A stretch of DNA of 64,000 bases from Bacteroidales bacterium (lineage in GTDB: Bacteria > Bacteroidota > Bacteroidia > Bacteroidales > UBA7960), in assembly GCA_007118495.1 (NCBI GenBank), contig SKRM01000033.1, forward strand, positions 9,201-73,200, in the 5' to 3' direction. Below are positions 1 through 7,591 of this stretch, piece after piece. The position numbers and the translations under genes were made by a program. The notes under the pieces were generated by a model, which did not search any database, was not told the origin of the DNA, and saw only the letters and a list, made by a program, of their open reading frames with translations. Position 1 is the first letter of the stretch; the number at the start of each line of letters is the position of its first letter.

Positions 1-513
1 GTAGATGGTATAGGTGCCTGTCTTGCTTGCCTGAAACCACATACGGTTATTGGGCAGACCCGGCACCATGTCTTCTTTAACCCTGAAGGCCGGAATATAT
101 AGTGAGTGCAGTACATCTTCGGCGTTGAGATTCAGAATGATGGCCGTATCTTTTGGGACATACAGTTTGTCACTTACCCTTCCGTTTTCATAACGAAATG
201 AAAAACTCCACATCCTGGCATTGGCTGTTATTTGTACACCTTGATCCGGAATGCGTTTCATGGGAATCCAGCCTACATAGCCATAATAAAACATTCCCAT
301 TACCAACACCAGGGGGATAACAGTCCAGATGATCTCAAGCTTTATACTGCCCGGATTTTGGGTGGGTACAGGGTTTTTCTTTTTATTATACCTGACCAGA
401 AAAAGAATGATGGTGGCGGTGATCCCAATCAGAAAAAAGAAAGAGATACCAAGAATCACCATAAAGGCGGTGTCTACGCCATGGACAAATGTTGATGCAC
501 CGGTTAAATACAT
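1..513 (-). CDS. coxB: cytochrome c oxidase subunit II, N-terminal part (3' end runs off window)
   Basis: Not in the ORF track because it is open-ended. Manual reverse translation from the ATG at 513-511 gives MYLTGASTFVHGVDTAFMVILGISFFFLIG..., LEIIWTVIPLVLV, ARMWSFSFRY and DVLHSLYIPAFRVKEDMVPG. That is two N-terminal TM helices plus the start of the cupredoxin domain, typical of CoxII. The CuA ligand motif would lie beyond position 1. Confidence 0.8.
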   Translation of the reverse strand, partial: MYLTGASTFVHGVDTAFMVILGISFFFLIGITATIILFLVRYNKKKNPVPTQNPGSIKLEIIWTVIPLVLVMGMFYYGYVGWIPMKRIPDQGVQITANARMWSFSFRYENGRVSDKLYVPKDTAIILNLNAEDVLHSLYIPAFRVKEDMVPGLPNNRMWFQASKTGTYTIY

Positions 514-525
514 GATACAAAATTG

Positions 526-813
526 TTATCTGTATGAATAATCAAAAAAGGTCACAAAAAGAACAAGGAGAAATAAGATTACCACCGAAGTTACCATGAT
601 GGGGAACAATTTTTTCTCATACTTCAGGTGCATGAACCAGGCCAGCACGATGAAAGATTTTGTTCCTGCCAGCACCATGGCAACCAGGGTATTCATATTG
701 CCGAATTCAAGCTGGGTTACTGCCACACTAATGGCTGTGAGTATGATGAGTACGATTAGTACAGTGATTTGTGTTTTATAGGGAACAATATGGGTTTTCT
801 CGTCATTTGTCAT
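526..813 (-). CDS. cytochrome c oxidase subunit IV family small membrane protein
   Basis: 95 aa with about three TM segments. It sits directly after subunit III, as prokaryotic CoxIV/CyoD-like proteins do. Confidence 0.65.
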   Translation of the reverse strand: MTNDEKTHIVPYKTQITVLIVLIILTAISVAVTQLEFGNMNTLVAMVLAGTKSFIVLAWFMHLKYEKKLFPIMVTSVVILFLLVLFVTFFDYSYR

Positions 814-824
814 GGCTTGTGATT

Positions 825-1421
825 TTAGTGGATCAGGTAAAACAATGGAAACAGAAAAATCCAGATGAGGTCAACCAGGTGCCAGTAAAGGCCAGTGTTC
901 TCAATCCAGATATAGTCAGTTTTATGGACATCACCCTTTTTGACTTTTACTATCACGAAGATGAACAGGCCTATCCCGATAAGGATGTGCAAAGCATGTA
1001 CCCCTGTCATAAAAAAGTAAAGGCCAAAGAACAGAATGGTGCCATGCCCCAGTTCCTGAAGCGTCTCACTTCCGGGAACCAATCCGTATTCAAATTTGGT
1101 TCCCCATTCGAAATATTTGTTCACCAGAAAAATGACGGCCAATAAAAGTGTAGCCCCCAGCAACTGAAGGCACTTTGTTTTGTCACCCTTCTGCATGGCG
1201 GTCAGTGACATGGCAACGGTCATACTGCTGACGAGCAGGATAACCGTGTTGATGGCGCCCATGGCAACATCAAGTTCCTGGCCTCCGATACGGAATGCCT
1301 CGGGATGCATGGAGCGGTATACTGCATATACTACGAAAAGCATTCCAAAAAGCAGCAATTCGGTAAAAATGAAAAGCCACATACCGAATTTATCACCCAG
1401 GTCGTCGCGATGAATGGTCAT
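825..1421 (-). CDS. ctaE: cytochrome c oxidase subunit III (short, about 5-TM form)
   Basis: 198-aa polytopic protein with subunit-III-like segments (FGMWLFIFTELLLFG, FFGLYFFMTGVHALHILIG, YWHLVDLIWIFLFPLFYL). It lies 12 nt downstream of subunit I. Confidence 0.85.
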   Translation of the reverse strand: MTIHRDDLGDKFGMWLFIFTELLLFGMLFVVYAVYRSMHPEAFRIGGQELDVAMGAINTVILLVSSMTVAMSLTAMQKGDKTKCLQLLGATLLLAVIFLVNKYFEWGTKFEYGLVPGSETLQELGHGTILFFGLYFFMTGVHALHILIGIGLFIFVIVKVKKGDVHKTDYIWIENTGLYWHLVDLIWIFLFPLFYLIH

Positions 1422-1432
1422 GATTTGTCAGA

Positions 1433-3067
1433 TTATTGGTTCAATTTTTCACTATGATCTGAGTAATCATAGGGCTGTTTTGTAATGGTTGGAATCTCGT
1501 CAAAATTCTCAAGTGAGGGTGGTGTATCCACCTGCCACTCAAGTGTCTTTCCTCCCCAGGTGTTCTTTTCACTGGTTTTTTTACCATGTCTGGCTGACCA
1601 GATCAGGTTGGCAAAAATAATAAGGATCCCTGCGACCATGACCCATGCCCCCAATGAAGACGCTATGTTGGCACCATGAAACTCAGGCAGGTAGTCGTAA
1701 TACCGTCGGGGCATACCCCTCATACCCAATAAGAACATGGGTAAGTATAAAGAAAGAAAACCCATGAAAAACACGCCCCATCCAAGGTTGGCCCATACTT
1801 CATCGTATTTTCGTCCAAACATTTTTGGAAACCAGTAGTGCAGGGCTGACATGAATGCAAAGCCTGTACCCCCAAATACAATGAAATGGAAGTGTGCAAC
1901 TACAAAATGGGTGTCGTGCAAATGTACATTGGTGGCCAATGAACCAAGAACAAGTCCTGATAGTCCGCCAATCATGAATACGAAAAGGAAAGAAACAGCC
2001 CAGTAAAACGGGGTGTGCATATGTATTGACCCCTTGTGCATGGTGGCAACCCAGTTAAACACCTTGATGGCTGATGGAATGGCCACCAGAAATGTAAGAA
2101 ATGAGAATGTATACAGTGCCCGGCCACTCATTCCGGATGTAAACATATGGTGCCCCCATACAAAATAACCCACAAACGCAATGGCCATGGTTGAAAGCAC
2201 TATGGCTTTGTAACCGTAAATCCCTTTTCTTGAGAAAACCGGAATGACCTCGCTTATCACCCCCATGGCGGGCAAGATCATGATATAAACCGCAGGATGT
2301 GAGTAAATCCAGAAAAGATGTTGGTATAAAATGGGGTCACCCCCAAGTGCCGGATCAAAAAAGCCAATTCCCAGCGTCCTTTCTGCAATAATAAGCAGCA
2401 GGGTGATCCCGATAACAGGGGTAGCCAGAATTTGTATCCAGGCTGTACCATAAAGAGTCCATGGGAACAGGGGCATCTTCAGCCAGCTCATCCCCGGGGC
2501 ACGCATCCGGTGTATGGTAACCACAAAATTGATACCTGTAAGAATGGACGAAAACCCCATGACAAACGCACCGAAGACGGCTGGTAAAACGTTGGTGGGT
2601 GTTCTGAAACTGTAAGGGGCATAGAAGGTCCACCCTGTGTCTGGCGGACCATCACCCAGAAATTGGCTGGTCAGAACAATCATTATGCCGATAATATAAA
2701 CCCACCAGGATAATAGGTTGATCCTCGGAAAAGCAACGTCTTTTGCCCCGATCATAATGGGCAGGAAAAAGTTGCCGAAGACAGCCGGTAACCCCGGAAT
2801 CACAATGATAAATATCATAATAATTCCGTGGAGGGTGAACAGGCTGTTGTAAGTTTGTGGCCCCATGATGGTATGACCTGGTGCGATAAGCTGGGTTTTC
2901 ATCAACAGGCCGATTATGGCCGCCAGGGAAAAAAAGAACAGCATGGTATACAGGTACAACAAACCGATCCTTTTGTGGTCAGTGGATAATATCCACCCCA
3001 GTATCCCCTTGTATTTTCCTTGATATTCAAGGAAACTCTTATGTTTTTGGGTGTTTTCTTCAGACAT
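1433..3067 (-). CDS. ctaD: cytochrome c oxidase subunit I (A-family haem-copper oxidase)
   Basis: 544 aa with canonical HCO subunit I motifs: WFFGHP-type region as LFWIYSHPAVYIMILP, HHMF as WGHHMFTSG, and HFHFIVFGG. Confidence 0.97.
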   Translation of the reverse strand: MSEENTQKHKSFLEYQGKYKGILGWILSTDHKRIGLLYLYTMLFFFSLAAIIGLLMKTQLIAPGHTIMGPQTYNSLFTLHGIIMIFIIVIPGLPAVFGNFFLPIMIGAKDVAFPRINLLSWWVYIIGIMIVLTSQFLGDGPPDTGWTFYAPYSFRTPTNVLPAVFGAFVMGFSSILTGINFVVTIHRMRAPGMSWLKMPLFPWTLYGTAWIQILATPVIGITLLLIIAERTLGIGFFDPALGGDPILYQHLFWIYSHPAVYIMILPAMGVISEVIPVFSRKGIYGYKAIVLSTMAIAFVGYFVWGHHMFTSGMSGRALYTFSFLTFLVAIPSAIKVFNWVATMHKGSIHMHTPFYWAVSFLFVFMIGGLSGLVLGSLATNVHLHDTHFVVAHFHFIVFGGTGFAFMSALHYWFPKMFGRKYDEVWANLGWGVFFMGFLSLYLPMFLLGMRGMPRRYYDYLPEFHGANIASSLGAWVMVAGILIIFANLIWSARHGKKTSEKNTWGGKTLEWQVDTPPSLENFDEIPTITKQPYDYSDHSEKLNQ

Positions 3068-3076
3068 AACAGTGGC

Positions 3077-3883
3077 TTATGGTTGGGTTGTATTGCTTTG
3101 TTGACGTTTTGGTTTCATGATGACCAGTGCAAGAAAAATTACAATGGCCAAGAATAAAATGAGGGTTCCGGCAATCTTGGTTACATTAAGCACATATTGC
3201 TGACCTGCCGGATCATATGAGTAGCAGAATGCCAGAACGCGGCTGAAAGATGGTCCGGACCTGCCAGCAGCCGTTTCGATGACAGCCATCTTCAGGTCGA
3301 TGGGCAAAAAGTAGGTGCCATGCAGGTAGCGGGTAATTTTCCCTTGATCCGAAACAAAGATCATGGCTGCAGCATGAAGGAAATCAAACCCGGTTCGCTT
3401 ATACCTGAAGCCTACGGCTTCAGTTAATTTGGCTATATTCAGGCTGTCTGCCACAAAAAACTGCCAACCGTCTGGATCAAAATCTTTGGTTACCAGATAA
3501 TGGTAAGTGTTTCTGTTTGAACGGGCCAGCTCAGGTCCTTCACGGGGGTCAAAACTGATGGATAGCACCTGGTAGTCTGTTCCAGGTATCAGATCAGATC
3601 GCGATATGACTTCAGCAATGCCTTCCATGAATGGGCTGCAAATTCCGGGACACCTGTAATAAACCAGTGCGATGACAGTTGGTTTATCAAAAAGATCATG
3701 CATATTGTGGGGTATCCCTTCGGTATCAATGACCACAATATCCTGGGGAATATATTCATCCAGACGCTCCTGGATTCCTATTTCAGGGCCACTGAGATCA
3801 AGCCTTGGATCAAGACCCTGGGCTGCCGTCAACATTGGCAGCAAGAGCAGGCTAATGAATATACAGATGTTGGGTTTCCTCAT
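3077..3883 (-). CDS. SCO1/SenC family copper chaperone (thioredoxin fold, C-terminal TM anchor)
   Basis: Signal peptide, CxxxC motif in YYRCPGICSP, a conserved downstream His region and a C-terminal hydrophobic helix. Confidence 0.85.
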   Translation of the reverse strand: MRKPNICIFISLLLLPMLTAAQGLDPRLDLSGPEIGIQERLDEYIPQDIVVIDTEGIPHNMHDLFDKPTVIALVYYRCPGICSPFMEGIAEVISRSDLIPGTDYQVLSISFDPREGPELARSNRNTYHYLVTKDFDPDGWQFFVADSLNIAKLTEAVGFRYKRTGFDFLHAAAMIFVSDQGKITRYLHGTYFLPIDLKMAVIETAAGRSGPSFSRVLAFCYSYDPAGQQYVLNVTKIAGTLILFLAIVIFLALVIMKPKRQQSNTTQP

Positions 3884-3895
3884 AGGGCAGGTGTT

Positions 3896-5056
3896 TTATA
3901 GATGATGTTGTTTGCTTTCTTCTAATTGTGGGTGGTTTAGCGGCATCAGCGCCATCCTGGAGAGACTGCTGAAAACCACAAGCAGAAACAGACCCGCATA
4001 TCCTAACCACATAGCTGTTTCAATAAAGCCGAAACGGATAACTCCATAACTTCCGGGCATAATCTGGAGATAAAGGTTTACCCAAAGCCCGGCCAGCAGC
4101 AGAATGCTGATGGCTGCCATAACGGTTGGCTTTTTGCCTATATGGTCAGACATCATAATCAGGAAAGGTATAACAAAATTCATGATCATTTCAAGATAAA
4201 ACAAATGTTTCCAATCACCCACAAACCTCGGATAGTAATAAGCTGTAAGTTCAGGAATATTGGCATACCAGATGATCAGAAACTGCATAAACCAAAGGTA
4301 ACCCCATACTATACTAAAACGGAACAGGTATCGGGCAAAATCGTGGCGATGGGCTTCACCCATTGATGTGAAATATCCCCTTCTTTTTAAAAACAATATA
4401 ATCAGGACAATCACTGCCACGGCATAATATATACTGGTTATCATGGCTCTGAACCCAAAGAGGGTCGAATACCAGTGTGCATCAATGGTCATGATCCAGT
4501 CTTTGGCAGCCAGGGAGAAAAAGACAGTGGCAACAAAAACAAAGACTTTGGCGTGGTGCCTGCTTTTTTTGTAATAAGCCGTACCTGGCAAAAGGTCTTC
4601 ATTTTTTGCATGTTTTCTGAGCATGAAAAAAAGACTTACCCACATGGCAAAATAAAGGATAATCCTCACCATGTAAAAGGGGGTATTCAGAAAAGGCTGC
4701 TTATGGGCAATGAGTTTGTCTGCTTCAGCAATACCTGGCTGTGCCCATGTGTATATATCAGGCAAGCCAAAATACAATACCAGCATGAGCAAAGCGCCCA
4801 CCGGCAAAAATGAGCCAAGGGCCAGTGGTATGCGCTGGAACATGGCAGACCAGGAAGAACCTGTTATGAATTGGAGCGCATAAAATAACAGACCTCCAAC
4901 GGAAATGCTGATAAAGTACATATTGTTGAGCAGCATATTACTCCATGTCCTTGACGGGTCGGTAATCAAGCCGGTTATAATTGCCGCAAGACCAGCAAGC
5001 ATAAGAAGTACTGCCAGCAAAATCATTTTCCTTGAAGCGTGAAATGTGTTGTCCAT
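3896..5056 (-). CDS. actF: Alternative Complex III subunit ActF (polytopic membrane protein)
   Basis: Polytopic membrane protein in the ActF position after ActE. The ORF extends to 5113. I prefer the internal start MDNTFHASRK at 5056 because it removes the overlap with actE. Confidence 0.7.
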   Translation of the reverse strand: MDNTFHASRKMILLAVLLMLAGLAAIITGLITDPSRTWSNMLLNNMYFISISVGGLLFYALQFITGSSWSAMFQRIPLALGSFLPVGALLMLVLYFGLPDIYTWAQPGIAEADKLIAHKQPFLNTPFYMVRIILYFAMWVSLFFMLRKHAKNEDLLPGTAYYKKSRHHAKVFVFVATVFFSLAAKDWIMTIDAHWYSTLFGFRAMITSIYYAVAVIVLIILFLKRRGYFTSMGEAHRHDFARYLFRFSIVWGYLWFMQFLIIWYANIPELTAYYYPRFVGDWKHLFYLEMIMNFVIPFLIMMSDHIGKKPTVMAAISILLLAGLWVNLYLQIMPGSYGVIRFGFIETAMWLGYAGLFLLVVFSSLSRMALMPLNHPQLEESKQHHL

Positions 5057-5067
5057 GGGAGTGGTAT

Positions 5068-5652
5068 TTACTGAGCTTGTAGAATATCTTCGATAAAAGC
5101 TATAATTTTCCAACGTTCTTCAGCCTGGATAAGTGATCCGTGTGGACCCATGAGTCCCCAGCCTTTTGTGATTACGTGGTAAACCTCACCCTGGGGCAGG
5201 GCTTTTGTTTCATCACTTATCAGTGAAGTTGGAGGAATAATATATTTTCCACTGGTATATAGTTTGCCTTGTCCGTCTCCCTGAGTACCATGGCAGCTAC
5301 TGCAAAAAATATTGTATAAGGCCTCGCCTTCACTCAACACTTGCTCGTTAACAGAAAAGGGCAGGAACAGATTCTCGCCGGCCAGTTCACGCCCTTCAAA
5401 ACTGTCTGCATATGGATAGGGGATGATATGCCTGGGAACTGTCCCCTCAACCGGCGTTCGCATGGTCATGCCATCAGCCATTGCAGGATTGTCTGAATAG
5501 GTTTGGTAGGCATAGCTGTGGGCCATATCAGGGAAATACTCATACCCTTTATCCATACGCGTTCTGTCGCACCCACTGAGTGCTATACACATGAGTGCAA
5601 CAAGCACGACAATGCTTGCTTTGCCTTTTGGTAATATTGGTGTAAAAAACAT
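5068..5652 (-). CDS. actE: Alternative Complex III subunit ActE, monohaem cytochrome c lipoprotein
   Basis: Lipobox-like LSGC after a hydrophobic leader and a single CSSCH haem motif. The ORF extends to 5709. The internal Met at 5652 starts 5 nt after the actD stop. Confidence 0.75.
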   Translation of the reverse strand: MFFTPILPKGKASIVVLVALMCIALSGCDRTRMDKGYEYFPDMAHSYAYQTYSDNPAMADGMTMRTPVEGTVPRHIIPYPYADSFEGRELAGENLFLPFSVNEQVLSEGEALYNIFCSSCHGTQGDGQGKLYTSGKYIIPPTSLISDETKALPQGEVYHVITKGWGLMGPHGSLIQAEERWKIIAFIEDILQAQ

Positions 5653-5656
5653 AATA

Positions 5657-6181
5657 TCAGGATATGGATGATTTTTCAATATCTGTTTCAATGATTTCGA
5701 GTGCCCCAAACTCCCTCAGCCAGCGTATAATTTCTTCAGGATTAAAGTTCTGGTCCATGACCAGGTAAAACCTGTCATCACTAACCCGGGGGTCGGGGAT
5801 CCATGCCTTTTTTCCAGGAAATAACTGTGTGCGCCCCAAAAAGAGCATGACAGATACTCCGCCGGTTACCAGTATGGTGACCAAGAATAAAATGACAACC
5901 ATGGGAGGAAAACTAAACAGCGGTTTACCTCCGTATCTGAGTGGATAATCTATTACTGAGGTATAATACAGAAAGGCAAATGTCGCTGCAATAGTTGCTG
6001 CTGCTACAAGAACGGCAAGGTATGGGAGTCTTGATTCGGTGGTTAGTGATTTAATAAGCTCGTGGTTTGTTGACGGCCCGAATACGTCCTTGATGTTGGC
6101 ATGTTTTGATTTAAGGTATTTGATGGCTTTTACCAACTTGTCCTCATCATCAAAAACACCTATGGTATGTTTGCTATTCAT
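5657..6181 (-). CDS. actD: Alternative Complex III subunit ActD (DUF3341-like, two TM helices)
   Basis: 174 aa with a soluble N-terminal part and two TM helices. It shows an ATGA 4-nt overlap with the actC stop and sits between ActC and ActE. Confidence 0.7.
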   Translation of the reverse strand: MNSKHTIGVFDDEDKLVKAIKYLKSKHANIKDVFGPSTNHELIKSLTTESRLPYLAVLVAAATIAATFAFLYYTSVIDYPLRYGGKPLFSFPPMVVILFLVTILVTGGVSVMLFLGRTQLFPGKKAWIPDPRVSDDRFYLVMDQNFNPEEIIRWLREFGALEIIETDIEKSSIS

Positions 6182-7551
6182 GCCTTTTCATTTTTTATGG
6201 TGACACGCTGCCCTTCTTTTGAGATGGGCTTGACTTCGTTGATGGCAATAATGGGGATAAACTTGATAAACAATAGCATGCCCACAGTGAACAATCCGAA
6301 TGTCCCCACAAATATGCCGATGTCTACTATGGTGGGCTGATAACTGGTCCAACTTGATGGCAGAAAGTCTTCTGCCAGCGATGATATAAGGATGACGAAT
6401 CGTTCAAACCACATCCCCACATTGATTAAAATTGACACAATGAAAAGCACCACAATGCTTTGTCTGGCTTTTCTGAACCAGAATATCTGAGGTACAATGG
6501 CATTACAGCTTACCATGATCCAGAAAGCAGTTGAAAAACTGCCACTGACCCTGGCATTGAAAAAAGTATACATTTCATAATCAACACCAGAGTACCAGGC
6601 AATGAATAGTTCAATGCCGTAAGCAAGGCCGATTACCAGGCTTCCATACTTTAGTACCAGTGCGATATTGTCAAGGTGTTTCCAGGTTATATAATCTGAT
6701 ATATTGAAAGCTTTTCGCATGAGGATCATAATGGTAAGTACCATGGCAAATCCAGAAAAGATGGCTCCAACAAAGAAGTAGGGGGGTAGTATGGTGGCAT
6801 GCCATCCGGGAAGAACGGAAATTGCAAAATCAAGAGCCACAATGGTATGTACAGATATGACCAATGGGGCAGCGAGCCCCCCAAGCAGTTTAAGCAGGGT
6901 TTCGTAACGGTTGTAAGCATATAGTGACCCGTTCCAGCCCAGACTGAAAATGCCATATATTGTTCTCTTGAATTTGTTTTTTGTCCTGTCGCGTATTGTA
7001 GCCAGATCAGGCACCATACCCAGGTACCAAAGTGTGACAGACATAATCAGATAAGTGCTGATGGCCAAAACGTCCCAGAATAAGGGCGAATTAAAGTTTA
7101 CCCAAAGTAACCTGGTATTTGGGTAGGGCAAAATAAAGAATGCGAGCCAGGGCCTGCCCATATGAATCAGTGGGAACAAGCCTGCGCACATAACTGCAAA
7201 CACCGTCATGGCTTCGGCCGACCTGTTGATTGATCCAGCCCATTTTTGTCTGAAAACAAGAAAGAAAATAGTGAATGCAGTACCGGCATGGCCGATGCCG
7301 ATCCACCAGACAAAATTGATAATATCCCATCCCCATCCCACACTATTGGTAAGGCCCCAGGTTCCCAGGCCCTGACTCAGTGACATATAAAATGCCCAAC
7401 CACCAAATGCCAGGGCGAGGCATCCCAGGCCGAAGGCTATCAGCCACCAGAGAGGGGGGCGTCCTTCTGTGTTTTCGAGCAACTCCCGGGTTATATCTCC
7501 GTATTGCTTTTGACCTGTTACCAAGGGTTGGCTTATATTGCTACTTATCAT
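6178..7551 (-). CDS. actC: Alternative Complex III subunit ActC (NrfD/PsrC-like quinol-interacting membrane subunit)
   Basis: 457 aa, about 10 TM, NrfD-family look, directly downstream of ActB. Confidence 0.85.
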   Translation of the reverse strand: MISSNISQPLVTGQKQYGDITRELLENTEGRPPLWWLIAFGLGCLALAFGGWAFYMSLSQGLGTWGLTNSVGWGWDIINFVWWIGIGHAGTAFTIFFLVFRQKWAGSINRSAEAMTVFAVMCAGLFPLIHMGRPWLAFFILPYPNTRLLWVNFNSPLFWDVLAISTYLIMSVTLWYLGMVPDLATIRDRTKNKFKRTIYGIFSLGWNGSLYAYNRYETLLKLLGGLAAPLVISVHTIVALDFAISVLPGWHATILPPYFFVGAIFSGFAMVLTIMILMRKAFNISDYITWKHLDNIALVLKYGSLVIGLAYGIELFIAWYSGVDYEMYTFFNARVSGSFSTAFWIMVSCNAIVPQIFWFRKARQSIVVLFIVSILINVGMWFERFVILISSLAEDFLPSSWTSYQPTIVDIGIFVGTFGLFTVGMLLFIKFIPIIAINEVKPISKEGQRVTIKNEKA

Positions 7552-7591
7552 CGATATGCATTGTTTCCGGTTAATATTTTTTTGGCTGATA

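Noticed and set aside
232-541. Plus-strand ORFs 232-495 (87 aa) and 329-541 (70 aa).
   Set aside because: They lie antisense to a much better supported, open-ended CoxII reading frame on the minus strand (1-513) and have low-complexity, non-protein-like sequences.
5653-5709. The longer starts for actE (5709) and actF (5113) given by the ORF track.
   Set aside because: They would create overlaps of 53 nt (actE into actD) and 46 nt (actF into actE). Internal Met codons at 5652 and 5056 give normal signal or TM N-termini and near-zero overlaps. This remains uncertain without homologue alignment.
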